A stretch of 64,000 nucleotides of DNA from Bacillus thermozeamaize (GCA_002159075.1 LZRT01000085.1:6177-70176), one strand, 5' to 3'; counted from the stretch's first letter, positions 20,248 through 30,722 are shown. The notes: generated by a model from the letters alone, not told the origin. Program-made: numbers and translations.

Positions 20248-21012
20248 TTGTCGATCCTGTTTGAAAAACGTGACGGCATTGCCTATATCACAATCAACCG
20301 CCCGGAGGCGATGAATGCCTTGGATCCGGATACCCACCGGCAACTGATGGAGGCTTTTGACGAATACAACCAGGATGACGAGATGCTGGTGGCCATTTTT
20401 ACCGGAGCGGGAGAGCAGGCCTTTTGCAGCGGTGCCGATCTGAAGAGGTTGATCCCCCGCTTCACGGAAGGGGAGCAGAGGCTGGAGCCCAGCGAAGAGC
20501 GGTTTTTTTCCCACATTTACAAGCCGATCATTGCGGCGGTGAACGGGTATTGCCTGGCTGGCGGGTTTGAGATGCTCCTTGGAACCGATATCCGCATCGC
20601 GGCGGAGCATGCCACGTTCGGACTGCCGGAAGTGAAGTGGGGCATTGTCCCCTTCGCCGGCGCACATGCCAGGCTGGCCAGGCAAATTCCCTGGGCGTGG
20701 GCCATGGAACTGCTGCTGACCGGAAGGCACATTACCGCCAAGGAGGCGCTGGCCATCGGGCTGGTCAACCGCGTGGTGCCAATGGACGACTTGATGCGTA
20801 CGGCGGAAGAGGTGGCCGAGCGGATCAAGAAAAACGGGCCGCTGGCGGTCCGAACCTGCAAGGAGGCCGTGGTCCGCACATCCGGCATGCCTTTCCAGAT
20901 GGCTTTTTACCTGGACAGCTACATGTCTGCCCGGGTCCTTTCGTCAGAGGATGCGCGGGAAGGGCCGCGGGCCTTTGCGGAAAAGCGCCCGCCCCGTTTC
21001 AAGGGGAGGTAA
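20248..21012 (+). CDS. Enoyl-CoA hydratase/isomerase (crotonase)
   Basis: 'ITINRPEAMNAL', 'FCSGADL', 'KPIIAAVNG', 'GGFE', 'FGLPEVKWG'. Confidence 0.92.
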   Translation: MSILFEKRDGIAYITINRPEAMNALDPDTHRQLMEAFDEYNQDDEMLVAIFTGAGEQAFCSGADLKRLIPRFTEGEQRLEPSEERFFSHIYKPIIAAVNGYCLAGGFEMLLGTDIRIAAEHATFGLPEVKWGIVPFAGAHARLARQIPWAWAMELLLTGRHITAKEALAIGLVNRVVPMDDLMRTAEEVAERIKKNGPLAVRTCKEAVVRTSGMPFQMAFYLDSYMSARVLSSEDAREGPRAFAEKRPPRFKGR

Positions 21013-21162
21013 ACAGCCGGCGGGCGGACAGTTGGATATACGATGTACAAAAGATGTACGAAAAAGGATGGTGGCGTTGGCAATGGGCTGGCGGGGGAGA
21101 GGGCATGAAAAACATGAAACATGAAAAACATGAAATGCGTGCGAGAGAAGGGAGGTTCTGGA

Positions 21163-22344
21163 GTGAATTTTCGTCTTACAAAGGAACAGGAGGCTTTCCG
21201 GGAAGAGGTGCGCGCCTTTCTGGCGGAGGCCTGGCCAGAAGGGAAGCGCTCATTTTTTCCTGACAATCGCCCGGAAGCGTATCAGGAAGAGGTGCGGTTT
21301 CGCAGGCAGATGGGGGAACGGGGATATCTGTCCCTGGCCTGGCCCAAAAAATACGGCGGACAGGAACGGACGCCGATGGAGCAGTTCCTGTTTCACTGGG
21401 AGATCGCGTATGCGGGGGCGCCCTTTCCTTCCACCGCCGTCGGTATCGTCGCGCCGACACTGATGCGTTACGGCAGCGAAGAACAGAAGCGCACGTATTT
21501 GCCGAAAATTTCCTCAGGCGAGATCGATTTTTGTCTCGGCTACACGGAACCGGAAGCCGGTTCCGATCTGGCTGCGCTCCAGACGCGGGCGGTTCGGGAA
21601 GGCGATCATTATGTGGTCAGCGGACAGAAGATCTTCACCAGCGGCGCCCATGAGGCCGAGTATTGCTGGCTGGCGGTCCGCACCGATCCGGATGCGCCGA
21701 AGCATCAGGGGATCAGTTTGCTGATCGCTGACATGTCGGCTCCGGGCATTGAGGTCCAACCGCTTTGGACGATGGGGAATCTGCGCACCAACATTGTCTT
21801 CTGGGATGAGGTCCGGATTCCTGTCAGCCAGCGGGTAGGAGAGGAAAACAAGGGCTGGTACTACTTGGCCACAGCACTGGACTACGAACGGATTAACCTG
21901 TTTCCCGGGCCGGTATCATCCGTTGTCCGGCAATTTGAGCGGTTTGTCCAGGTTTGCACTCAGACGCGCAGAGGCCAACAGCTTCTGAGCCAGGATCCTG
22001 GGGTGCGGCGCAGGCTGGTCCGGCTGTCCGCCGAACTGCAGGCGCTGATCCTGCTCAATTTCAAAAACGCCTGGATTGTGGACACAGGCAAGGTGCCCAA
22101 TGTGGAGGCGTCGGTGTTGAAAGTGTACAACGCCGAATTCCGCCAGAAACTGGCTGATGCGGCGATGGAGGTGCTGGGACCGTATGCCCAGCTGGAGGCC
22201 TCTTCCCCATATGCCCTGTCGGAGGGGCTGTGGGAATGGTTGCCCCGGTTCAATGTGTTCATGAGCATTGGCGGCGGTGCCGACGAGATCCAACGGAACA
22301 TCATCGCCCAGCGGGGTCTGGGATTGCCGAGAAGAGAGGGATAG
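21163..22344 (+). CDS. Acyl-CoA dehydrogenase, FadE26/FadE29 (ChsE)-like catalytic subunit
   Basis: 'FCLGYTEPEAGSDLAALQTRA', 'GQKIFTSGAH', 'RTDPDAPKHQGIS', 'LDYERI', 'IGGGADEIQRNIIA'. Confidence 0.85.
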   Translation: MNFRLTKEQEAFREEVRAFLAEAWPEGKRSFFPDNRPEAYQEEVRFRRQMGERGYLSLAWPKKYGGQERTPMEQFLFHWEIAYAGAPFPSTAVGIVAPTLMRYGSEEQKRTYLPKISSGEIDFCLGYTEPEAGSDLAALQTRAVREGDHYVVSGQKIFTSGAHEAEYCWLAVRTDPDAPKHQGISLLIADMSAPGIEVQPLWTMGNLRTNIVFWDEVRIPVSQRVGEENKGWYYLATALDYERINLFPGPVSSVVRQFERFVQVCTQTRRGQQLLSQDPGVRRRLVRLSAELQALILLNFKNAWIVDTGKVPNVEASVLKVYNAEFRQKLADAAMEVLGPYAQLEASSPYALSEGLWEWLPRFNVFMSIGGGADEIQRNIIAQRGLGLPRREG

Positions 22345-22374
22345 GCGAGAGGAGTCACAAGGAGGTGGAAAGGG

Positions 22375-23634
22375 ATGGACTTTTCTTTCAGCCAGGACCA
22401 GAAGATGCTGCGTTCTGCGGTCCGCCAATGGCTGCAGCAGATCCATTCGCCGGAACAGACGCGGCGGTTGCGGGAGAACCCGGCTGGTTTTGATGAGAAG
22501 AGATGGCAAGAGATTGGTTCATTGGGCTGGCTGGGGCTGAACGTGGCGGAGGTGCAGGGTGGTACTGGTGGTTCGACGGTGGATGCGATGATCCTGTTTG
22601 AAGAGATGGGGCGGGCTCTTTTTCCCAGTCCATTTTTGTCCCAATGGTTGTCCCTCACCGTGTTGGGTCGTTTCTGTGAGGAACCAAGAAAATCGCCACT
22701 TTGGGAGCGTCTGCTAAACGGAGAGGAAATTGTCGCATTTGCCGATTGGGAAGGCGGCAACCTGTGGGACGGGGAGTCCGGGGCATATCGAACCACCATC
22801 CATTCCCGGGGTTCGGAGTGGATTCTGACCGGAGAAAAACATTGGGTCCTGGACGGGGCTGTTGCCGATCATCTGTTGGTCACCGCCCGGGGGGATGACG
22901 GCCATCCTTGCCTGGTCTTGGTGCCCAATAACGCAGGCGGCGTCGAGGTGATTCCGCTGCAGGATGCCGCGCGGCGCAGGATGGCGGCCATCCGGTTTCA
23001 TGATGTCGTCCTGAATCAGGAAGCCATGCTCACGACGGGAAAGATGTCCGATCTCATGACGGGAACGATGTCCAATCCGGCTGAGAGCGGGGAGCAGATT
23101 TCCTGGGCGCGACTCTGGGGAGAATTCGTGCATCTGGGGGCGCTGGCTGTTTGTGCCGAACTGGTGGGTGCGGGCGCCTTCGTCCTGGAGCAAGCGGTGG
23201 AACATGCCAAAAAACGGCACCAGTTTGGGCGGCCCATCGGCAGTTTCCAGGCGATACAGCACAAGTGTGCCGACATGTGGATTCATCTGGAGGCCTCGCG
23301 GAACCTGTTGTATTTTGCGGCGGCCAGGTGGGATGAACGGCATCAGGACGCATCGCTGGCGGTGGCACAGGCCAAGATCCTGGTGACGGAGTCGGTTCAG
23401 CGTGTGATCCGGGAAGGACATCAGATCTTTGGCGGCCTCGGATACACGGAAGAGCACTGGATGCCGCTGTACTTTCGTTTTGCCAAGGAGGGACGGGCCC
23501 TGTTCGGGATGCCGGATGAGTGGGACCGCCGGGCAGCCGAATGCCTCCTGGATGGCCGGTGTTTTCCCGGAAGTTTGTCCTCGAGTTTGTGCTCGGGCAA
23601 CCATTCAGTGCAGGCCGGCCCGCATGCGATGTGA
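22375..23634 (+). CDS. Acyl-CoA dehydrogenase-like partner subunit, FadE27/FadE28-like
   Basis: 'LGWLGL', 'EEMGRAL', 'GEKHWVLDG', 'RHQFGRPIGSFQAIQH', 'QIFGGLGYTEEH'; lacks the TEPxxGSD motif. Confidence 0.82.
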   Translation: MDFSFSQDQKMLRSAVRQWLQQIHSPEQTRRLRENPAGFDEKRWQEIGSLGWLGLNVAEVQGGTGGSTVDAMILFEEMGRALFPSPFLSQWLSLTVLGRFCEEPRKSPLWERLLNGEEIVAFADWEGGNLWDGESGAYRTTIHSRGSEWILTGEKHWVLDGAVADHLLVTARGDDGHPCLVLVPNNAGGVEVIPLQDAARRRMAAIRFHDVVLNQEAMLTTGKMSDLMTGTMSNPAESGEQISWARLWGEFVHLGALAVCAELVGAGAFVLEQAVEHAKKRHQFGRPIGSFQAIQHKCADMWIHLEASRNLLYFAAARWDERHQDASLAVAQAKILVTESVQRVIREGHQIFGGLGYTEEHWMPLYFRFAKEGRALFGMPDEWDRRAAECLLDGRCFPGSLSSSLCSGNHSVQAGPHAM

Positions 23635-23666
23635 TTGTCGACAAAACCGTGGAGAGGGGAGAAAAC

Positions 23667-24452
23667 ATGGCCTACGAGGCAATTCTGGTGGAAACGTCGG
23701 AACAGATTACAACGATTACACTGAACCAACCGGAAATGCGCAACCCCCTGACCGCGCAGATGGTCGGAGAACTGGTCCAGGCCATCCGGGAGGCCGATCA
23801 GGACCCTGATGTGCGCGTCATCGTGATCACAGGCAGTGGCGACGCATTTTGTGCCGGAGGCAATCTGAATGAATTCCGGCGGACCATGGAGAAAAGTGCC
23901 CCCACCCTTTATGACGAGGGGCATCGTTCCAGTCAGCTCTTCAAGCTGGGAGAGGAGGTGCGAACGCCGCTCATTGCCTCGGTGAACGGACCGGCTCTTG
24001 GTGGCGGTTGCGGGCTTGCCGCGATGTGCCACATCACCATCGCTTCGGATCGCGCCAAACTGGGCACAACGGAATTCCGCCTCGGGTTGGTGCCGTTTGT
24101 GATTTTACCTTGGATCCGGCGGGCAGTCGGCCACAAAAACGCCCTGGAGATGATGCTGACGGCCAAGATCATGACGGCCGAAGAGGCCAGAGAGATCGGC
24201 CTGGTACAACGCGTCGTGCCGCATGACCAGTTACAGGAAGAGACGAGAAAACTGGCGCGGCATGTGGCTTCCTTCAGCCCGCTGGCGGTAAAGCTGGGGC
24301 TGGACGCATTTTATACGACAGAGCAGATGGACCTGAAAAAATCTGTTGACTATCTCAGCACGTTGCGCATTGTCTCGTTTCTCAGCGAGGATTTGCGGGA
24401 AGGTGCGACCGCCTTTTTGGAAAAACGCCCCCCCGTATGGAAGGGTCGTTAG
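23667..24452 (+). CDS. Enoyl-CoA hydratase (AtuE/methylglutaconyl-CoA hydratase-like)
   Basis: 'LNQPEMRNPL', 'FCAGGNL', 'ALGGGCGLAAMC', 'TEFRLGLVP'. Confidence 0.85.
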   Translation: MAYEAILVETSEQITTITLNQPEMRNPLTAQMVGELVQAIREADQDPDVRVIVITGSGDAFCAGGNLNEFRRTMEKSAPTLYDEGHRSSQLFKLGEEVRTPLIASVNGPALGGGCGLAAMCHITIASDRAKLGTTEFRLGLVPFVILPWIRRAVGHKNALEMMLTAKIMTAEEAREIGLVQRVVPHDQLQEETRKLARHVASFSPLAVKLGLDAFYTTEQMDLKKSVDYLSTLRIVSFLSEDLREGATAFLEKRPPVWKGR

Positions 24453-24518
24453 AAACGGTTTGTCCCGGCTTCGGCCGGCCTATAAGCACATGAACTTGAA
24501 ATGGGAGGGAGTATCCAG

Positions 24519-25883
24519 ATGCGGAAGGTACGAATTGGGGCAGCGGAAGGGTTCTATGGGGATGCAGTGGATCCGGCTGTAGACATCGCCCAACATGGCG
24601 ATGTCCAGTACCTCTGTTTTGATTGCCTGGCTGAATTGACGATGGCCATTCTTCTGAAAGACCAGAAGCGGGATCCGAGCAAAGGTTACTGTCTCGATGT
24701 CACTGCCTACATGAAGGCCTTGTTGCCCTACGTCAAGGAAAAGGGAATCAAAATCCTCACCAATGCCGGCGGGATTAATCCGGAAGGGGCGCAGCAGGAA
24801 GTCATGCGGGTGGCCCGGGAGATGGGGATCAGCGGTTTGAAGGTGGCCGTCGTCACCGGCGACAACATCCTCGATCGGATCGACCGGCTGATGCAGCAGG
24901 GCGTCACCTTCCAGCACATGGAGACCGGAGAATCCCTGGAGACTGTTCGCGACCGGCTGCTGTTCGCCAATGTGTATCTGGGCGTGGGGCCGATTGTGGA
25001 GGCGTTGCGCCAGGGCGCCGATATTGTGGTGACGGGGCGGACGACGGATACGGCGCAGTTTTTGGCGCCACTGGTCTATGAGTTCGGCTGGCGGGAAGAT
25101 GAATGGGATAAACTGGCACAAGGGATTTTGATGGGACACCTAATGGAGTGTTCCGCCCAGTCCACAGGGGGGAATTTCAGCGGGAATTGGTGGGACGTGC
25201 CGGATATGGACCGGATCGGCTACCCGATTGCCGAGATCCAGGAGGACGGCAGCTTTATCCTGACCAAAACGCCGACCAGCGGCGGCCTGGTGACGGTGAA
25301 TACCGTCAAGGAGCAAATGCTTTATGAAATTCACGACCCTGCCGCGTATGTCACCCCGGATGTGGTGGCCGACTTTACGACGGCCGTGCTGGAGAATGTG
25401 GGGCCAGACCGTGTCTTGATCCGAGGTGCGACAGGCAAGCCCCGCCCTGATCGCCTCAAGGCGGTGATGGGTTATCAAAATGGGTATATGGGGCAGGCCA
25501 TCATCGGCTATTCCTGGCCGGACGCTTTGAAAAAGGCCCGCAAGGCGGACGAAATCATCCGCAAGCAACTGGCCCGCAAGGGGATGCATTATGACGAGAT
25601 CCATACCTCCTTTCTCGGGTATAACTCCCTTCATGGCCCGACGGTGGAAGAACCGAAAGAAGAGTTAAACGAAGTGTATCTGCGGATTGCCGTCCGTGCC
25701 AGGACAAAACAGGAGGCAGTGGCTTTCAGCCGCCTGTTTCCGCCTTTGGGATTGGACGGACCGCCTTCTGTGACCGGACTTGGGGGGAGATTGCAGCCGC
25801 GGGAACTGCTCGGGATGTGGGCCAGTCTGGTGCCGCGGGATTTGATTGAGAAAGATGTGCACATTCGCATCCAGGAGGTGTGA
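24519..25883 (+). CDS. atuA: Acyclic terpene utilisation AtuA family protein (DUF1446), large domain
   Basis: 'VRIGAAEGFYGD', 'YLCFDCLAELTM', 'TNAGGINP', 'ANVYLG', 'GHLMECSAQSTGGN', 'EQMLYEIHDP..YVTPDV'. Confidence 0.88.
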   Translation: MRKVRIGAAEGFYGDAVDPAVDIAQHGDVQYLCFDCLAELTMAILLKDQKRDPSKGYCLDVTAYMKALLPYVKEKGIKILTNAGGINPEGAQQEVMRVAREMGISGLKVAVVTGDNILDRIDRLMQQGVTFQHMETGESLETVRDRLLFANVYLGVGPIVEALRQGADIVVTGRTTDTAQFLAPLVYEFGWREDEWDKLAQGILMGHLMECSAQSTGGNFSGNWWDVPDMDRIGYPIAEIQEDGSFILTKTPTSGGLVTVNTVKEQMLYEIHDPAAYVTPDVVADFTTAVLENVGPDRVLIRGATGKPRPDRLKAVMGYQNGYMGQAIIGYSWPDALKKARKADEIIRKQLARKGMHYDEIHTSFLGYNSLHGPTVEEPKEELNEVYLRIAVRARTKQEAVAFSRLFPPLGLDGPPSVTGLGGRLQPRELLGMWASLVPRDLIEKDVHIRIQEV

Positions 25884-25885
25884 GG

Positions 25886-26230
25886 ATGGCTCTGGTGCAA
25901 TTGCGCAAGATTTCACAGGTGCGCAGCGGTGACAAAGGGAATACGGTGAATATTGCCCTGTTTGCCCCCAATGAAGCGCTTTACCAGGTTTTTTTGCGGG
26001 AGGTGACTCCCGAGAAAGTGAAGCGTCATTTTCGGGGATTGATCGAAGGCGAAGTGATCCGGTATGAGGTTCCCAACTTGCTGGCGTTAAATTTTGTCTG
26101 CAAAGAGGCGTTGAATGGAGGAGGCTCGGCCTCCATCCATGTCGACAACCTCGGCAAGTGTTTCAGTTCCAATTTGCAGCGCATGGTGATTGAGGTGGAA
26201 GATGAGCTATTGATTTATTCAACTTTTTAA
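25886..26230 (+). CDS. AtuA C-terminal-domain-like small protein
   Basis: 'RSGDKGNTVNI', 'VIRYEVPNLLALNF', 'ALNGG...DNLGK' match the AtuA C-terminal domain. Confidence 0.82.
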   Translation: MALVQLRKISQVRSGDKGNTVNIALFAPNEALYQVFLREVTPEKVKRHFRGLIEGEVIRYEVPNLLALNFVCKEALNGGGSASIHVDNLGKCFSSNLQRMVIEVEDELLIYSTF

Positions 26231-26483
26231 ACCATAGATTTTTGTAAAACAATAAAGGAGATCGCTAAGTGGAAAAACAGTGAAAAGTACCGAAGAATTT
26301 CTCAGCGACGAGAGAGATGCGTTTTATTAGCAAAAAATTGATATTCTAGGAGGTCAAATGAGCCTCTTTTTTTATTTTCTTTTTCCAAAATGTTTCTTCA
26401 TTTTAAGAGTCAATTGACAAAACAAAACATCTTATTTTTTCCAGGATGGGCAGACGAGACTTCTGTAATATTCATTAAATAGA

Positions 26484-26506
26484 TGTAAAATTTTTAATAC
26501 ATTTGT
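26484..26506. promoter_or_regulatory. Putative UAS-2
   Basis: TGT-AAAATTTTTAAT-ACA-TT-TGT; another TGT at 26464 gives 20-bp periodicity. Confidence 0.6.
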
Positions 26507-26610
26507 AAAAAGACATATTCGCGCTTTTTGCTGATTGATTTTATATGACTGTCATTTATAGCTATGATATCGCGCCTGTATTTTACAGTTTAAGATCCTC
26601 TTGTCCCGAT

Positions 26611-26626
26611 TGGCATCAATTTTGCT
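26611..26626 (+). promoter_or_regulatory. Sigma-54 promoter P2
   Basis: TGGCAT-CAATT-TTGCT. Confidence 0.8.
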
Positions 26627-26864
26627 AAACATTAAGATAAGAAACAAAAGAATGATTACTGGAAGAACTGCTCTCTTTTGCTGGATAACAGCAAGGAAGG
26701 GAGATGAAATGCATAAGGATGGAGAAGAATTGCCTTCGGGGTTTTGAATAGCTGTCAAAGATTGTGCGAGCTTGATGGAATCCTGACGCAAAGAACGGTG
26801 AAATCCAGTAGACATTCGTATGGTCATCGAATGAATCGTTTTTGTAAAAGGGAGGCGAGCAGCT

Positions 26865-27053
26865 TTGGAACAAATGATTCGAGCCATTTTACAAGCGAAA
26901 GGCGTTCAGGCGCCGGAGCAAGATTATCCTATACTTATAGCACAATGGGAATCGATCTTGGCTATGAAACAGCATGCAATGAAGGCAAAGTTAAGGGATT
27001 TCGATATCGCATTGTGCCATACACTGAAAGGAGGAATGCCGAATGAAGAGTGA
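26865..27053 (+). CDS. Small (62 aa) protein coupled to amidase; possible GatC/AtzG-like accessory subunit
   Basis: RBS GGGAGG before TTG; overlaps amidase start; size and position as in amidase small-subunit pairs. Confidence 0.6.
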   Translation: MEQMIRAILQAKGVQAPEQDYPILIAQWESILAMKQHAMKAKLRDFDIALCHTLKGGMPNEE

Positions 27054-28452
27054 ACTCGCGGCTAAGTCAATCGAAGAACTGGCTCCGCTCCTTCGCGATC
27101 GGAAAGTTTCTCCCGTAGAAGTTACGGAAGCCGTCATTCATCAAACGGAAGCCCATAACAAAAAAATTAATGCATACATTCAGATGGATGCAGATGCAGC
27201 GATGGAGGCGGCCAAAAATGCGGAGAAGGAAATCATGAATGGTAATTATCGCGGTCCTCTGCACGGCGTTCCGATGGCACTTAAAGATAATCTTTATTTT
27301 AAAAATGAAGTTGTCACAATGGGTTCAAAAATTCACAGACATTTCATTCCTTCCTATGATGCAACTGTTGTTTCCAAGTTAAAGGAAGCGGGGGTTATTT
27401 TTACAGGAAGGTTAAACATGCATGAATATGCTTGGGGAGCGACAACGAACAATCCGCATTTTGGTCCATGCCGCAATCCCTGGAATTTGGAAAAAATACC
27501 GGGTGGTTCAAGCGGGGGTTCAGGTGCGGCTGTAGCAGCTGATATGACAATCGCATCCCTTGGTACCGATACGGGAGGATCGATTCGCATTCCCGCTTCC
27601 GCGTGTGGCATCGTAGGACTTAAACCCACACATGGACGGGTCAGCAAATATGGTTGTTTCCCATTAGCATGGTCATTGGATCATATTGGCCCGATGACAA
27701 AAACGGTGAAAGACGCAGCCATTTTGTTGGAGGTAATTGCGGGATATGACGATAAGGATCCGACATGCATCAATGTTCCCGTTTCTGCTTATCGTTCGGC
27801 AATAACTGGAGATGTGAACGAACTGGTTATTGGCATCAATGAAAGCTACTTTTTTCGTGATGTCGATTCAGGTGTTGAAAAAAATGTTCGCAATGGAATT
27901 AGATTGCTAGAAGAAATGGGAGCGAGGGTGACATCTGTTGACATACCTTCCATCGAATTTGCGCCATTTGCAGAAATGATAACCATTATTTCTGAAGCCA
28001 GCGCAATTCACCATCAAAATTTAATTGAGCGCCGACAAGACTTCGGAGATGATGTGCGCATTTTACTTGAACTAGGAGAACTTGTCACAGCTGTAGACTA
28101 TCTGCAAGCGCAGCAAATCCGATATCAGTTGAATCATGATTTCAGGAAGGTATTCCAAAGCGTCGATGTCTTGATCACGCCTACACTTCCGTTTACACCT
28201 CCACTGATTGGGCAGGATACAGTGCTGCTAAACGGAAAAGAAGTGAACTTTTTAGACCATGTGATTCGTTTTACAGGACCAGAAAATATTACCGGATTGC
28301 CTGCGATAAGTGTCCCATGCGGGTTTAGTGAGGAGATGCCGGTTGGACTGCAGATTATTGGCCCCCCATTTAAAGAAGAAATCATCTTAAATGTAGCTTA
28401 TGCCATTGAACAAACCAATCCGTTGAAAGGAAAGAAACCTAATTTAAGTTAA
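27043..28452 (+). CDS. Amidase-signature family hydrolase
   Basis: 'GPLHGVPMALKD', 'GGSSGGSGAAV', 'GTDTGGSIRIPAS', 'GLKPTHGRVS' (Ser-cisSer-Lys triad). Confidence 0.93.
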   Translation: MKSELAAKSIEELAPLLRDRKVSPVEVTEAVIHQTEAHNKKINAYIQMDADAAMEAAKNAEKEIMNGNYRGPLHGVPMALKDNLYFKNEVVTMGSKIHRHFIPSYDATVVSKLKEAGVIFTGRLNMHEYAWGATTNNPHFGPCRNPWNLEKIPGGSSGGSGAAVAADMTIASLGTDTGGSIRIPASACGIVGLKPTHGRVSKYGCFPLAWSLDHIGPMTKTVKDAAILLEVIAGYDDKDPTCINVPVSAYRSAITGDVNELVIGINESYFFRDVDSGVEKNVRNGIRLLEEMGARVTSVDIPSIEFAPFAEMITIISEASAIHHQNLIERRQDFGDDVRILLELGELVTAVDYLQAQQIRYQLNHDFRKVFQSVDVLITPTLPFTPPLIGQDTVLLNGKEVNFLDHVIRFTGPENITGLPAISVPCGFSEEMPVGLQIIGPPFKEEIILNVAYAIEQTNPLKGKKPNLS

Positions 28453-28512
28453 AACCTAATTTGAGTAAATAATGAAACGTTTTCCCTTATTCACTGCCAT
28501 CACCGTTCAATC

Positions 28513-30687
28513 CTATCTGTCTCCGCTGCGGAAGCGAATTTCGCTTTGGATGTTGTGTTTCTTCATTTTCTGGTAGAGGGTGGCACGGCTGATGCCAAGA
28601 CGCTGTGCCGCCTGGCTCCTGTTGCCCCCCGATTGTTCAAGAGCTTGGAGGATGGCTTGCTTTTCCACGTGGGCCAACAAGGTTTGGTGATTGTCTGGTG
28701 TGATTGCCGGAAACGCTTCCGGTTCCTCGGACCGATCAGTGGTTGCTGGTGAAGGAGGCATTTTCGACAGTGAAATGGATGGCGTTTTCCGTTGCAGTTC
28801 ATCTGGCAAGTGATGAGGCTCAATCCAGACCCCTTCGGCGAGGTGCATGGCCCTTTCCAGGACGTTTTCCAGTTCCCGCACGTTTCCTGGCCAGTCATGC
28901 CGCTGGAGAAGTTCCAGTGTCTGCGGTGTGATGCCGATCACCTGTTTTTTCATCTTTTGATTGAGCTTTTTAATCAGGTGTTCAGCTAGGATGGGGATGT
29001 CATCCAAGCGTTCCCGCAATGGGGGGATGTGGATGTGAATGACATGGATCCGGTAGTACAGGTCCTCACGGAAGGTGCCCTGGCGCACCATCTGCCGAAG
29101 ATCTTTGTTGGTGGCGGCGATGATCCGTACATCCACCTGTCTGGTTTGGGTGTCGCCCACGCGCTCAAACTTTTGTTCTTGCAGGACCCGTAGCAGTTTG
29201 GCCTGCAAGGCCAGCGGCATGTCGCCAATTTCGTCAAGGAAGAGGGTGCCCCGATCGGCCAGTTCGAACTTGCCCGGCTTACCTCCTTTTCGCGCACCGG
29301 TAAAGGCGCCCTCGGCATATCCGAAAAACTCCGATTCCAACAATTCAGCGGGAATGGCGGCACAGTTGACCTTCACGAAGTTGCCGGGCCGGCCCGATTC
29401 CTCGTGGATGGCTTCTGCAAAAAGTTCTTTGCCCGTCCCGCTTTCTCCGGTAATGAGGACAGTGGAGGATCCTTCCGACGCGAGATACGCCTCATTTTTT
29501 ATTTTTGTTATTTTTTCATCTTTTGAGACGATCCGATCAAAGGCGCTTTTCTGGGTCATCCGATTCAATTCGCCACGATAATAGCTGAGTTCGCTCTCCA
29601 GTTGCTCCAGCCTGCGGAAGACGTCTTTCCATTGGTCCAATTTGTGAAAAATGATTTTGGCGATCGCGCCTTCGCACTTCCCGCTACGGATAATCGGTTG
29701 CAAGGTGACGACGCATTTTTTGCCGCGGATTTCTCTAATTTCCCCTTCGATGCGTCGTTTATGGGACAGAATTTCCTGGATTGGCAGCTCGGGTGTGACC
29801 ACCGCGGCCGGGTATCCCACCACCTCGTTGTGATCCAGTTGGTAGATGTCCAGGAAAGCAGGGTTGACCTTCGTGATCTTGCCGTGTTCGTCCGTGATCA
29901 TCACGCCGTCGTACGAAAGCTGCAGGGCGCTGTCAAGCGTGCGTTCCAGTTTCTTTGTCGTCTCCAGTTCTTTTGCCACATTTTCATATGAAGTGATGTC
30001 TTTCAGAACGGCTACCGCTCCGGTGATGTTCCCCCAGTCGAGAAGAGGGACAAAGGACCCGATGACGGTGACGGAGGCGAGGCGGATGCGGCATGGCTCC
30101 CGCCGTTCGCCTTTTTCCAGAGCGAGATAGAAATACTCATACAACTCGGGGAAGATGCTGTCAACCGGCTGCCCCAAAACCTTGTGGCGGGGGTAGCCGA
30201 ACAACTCTTCGGCTGCATGGTTATAGGTGACCACCTGATATTGCAGATTGACGGATATGACGGCGTCCTGAAGTTGTTCGACGAGGGCGCGGGTCTGATT
30301 CAGAAGCAACTCCGTCTCGCTGAGAAAGCCGCGGATGATATCTGCCTGTCCCATGACGCCGACGACGCGGTCTTGCTCATCCAGAACCACGCCATGCGCC
30401 ACGTTGTTCTCGATAAAGGTGTCCTTGGCAAATTCGAGCGTATCATCTTGGTAAAAGCTGACCACGTTGCGCCGAATCGCGGGAGCGATCGGGGCGTCCA
30501 GGGAGTGTCCGGCCAGGAGCAAACGGTATAGCGTGTATTTTGTGACAATGCCTTCCAGGTGGCCTTCGGAGTCGGTGACGCAGGCGATGCCGATCCGATG
30601 TTCAAGGAAAGCTTTCAGACAATCCCGTATCGTGTGCTCAGGCGTGATGGAGATGAATTCACGCGTCGAAAACTCCCGGACTAACAC
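28513..30687 (-). CDS. Sigma-54-dependent activator (CBS pair - PAS - PAS - AAA+ - Fis HTH), paralogue of 7364-9553
   Basis: [25 protein letters not shown]-terminal HTH; colinear and highly similar to the first activator. Confidence 0.93.
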   Translation of the reverse strand: MLVREFSTREFISITPEHTIRDCLKAFLEHRIGIACVTDSEGHLEGIVTKYTLYRLLLAGHSLDAPIAPAIRRNVVSFYQDDTLEFAKDTFIENNVAHGVVLDEQDRVVGVMGQADIIRGFLSETELLLNQTRALVEQLQDAVISVNLQYQVVTYNHAAEELFGYPRHKVLGQPVDSIFPELYEYFYLALEKGERREPCRIRLASVTVIGSFVPLLDWGNITGAVAVLKDITSYENVAKELETTKKLERTLDSALQLSYDGVMITDEHGKITKVNPAFLDIYQLDHNEVVGYPAAVVTPELPIQEILSHKRRIEGEIREIRGKKCVVTLQPIIRSGKCEGAIAKIIFHKLDQWKDVFRRLEQLESELSYYRGELNRMTQKSAFDRIVSKDEKITKIKNEAYLASEGSSTVLITGESGTGKELFAEAIHEESGRPGNFVKVNCAAIPAELLESEFFGYAEGAFTGARKGGKPGKFELADRGTLFLDEIGDMPLALQAKLLRVLQEQKFERVGDTQTRQVDVRIIAATNKDLRQMVRQGTFREDLYYRIHVIHIHIPPLRERLDDIPILAEHLIKKLNQKMKKQVIGITPQTLELLQRHDWPGNVRELENVLERAMHLAEGVWIEPHHLPDELQRKTPSISLSKMPPSPATTDRSEEPEAFPAITPDNHQTLLAHVEKQAILQALEQSGGNRSQAAQRLGISRATLYQKMKKHNIQSEIRFRSGDR

Positions 30688-30699
30688 AAATTTCCCTCC

Positions 30700-30722
30700 T
30701 GTATAAAAAAATAGACAAATGT
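30700..30722. promoter_or_regulatory. Putative UAS-3
   Basis: TGT-ATAAAAAAATAG-ACA-AA-TGT, abutting the activator RBS. Confidence 0.6.

Noticed and set aside
21040..21135. CRISPR-like or iteron array
   Set aside because: Only a two-copy 16-bp tandem duplication without spacers; no cas genes or repeat-spacer arrays seen anywhere in the window
24519..26230. atuA pseudogene split by a mutation
   Set aside because: The second ORF has its own RBS (AGGAGGTG) and coupled start, and both parts are intact, consistent with a natural two-gene form
27043..28452. gatA (Glu-tRNA amidotransferase)
   Set aside because: No gatB nearby; sigma-54 promoter and catabolic context
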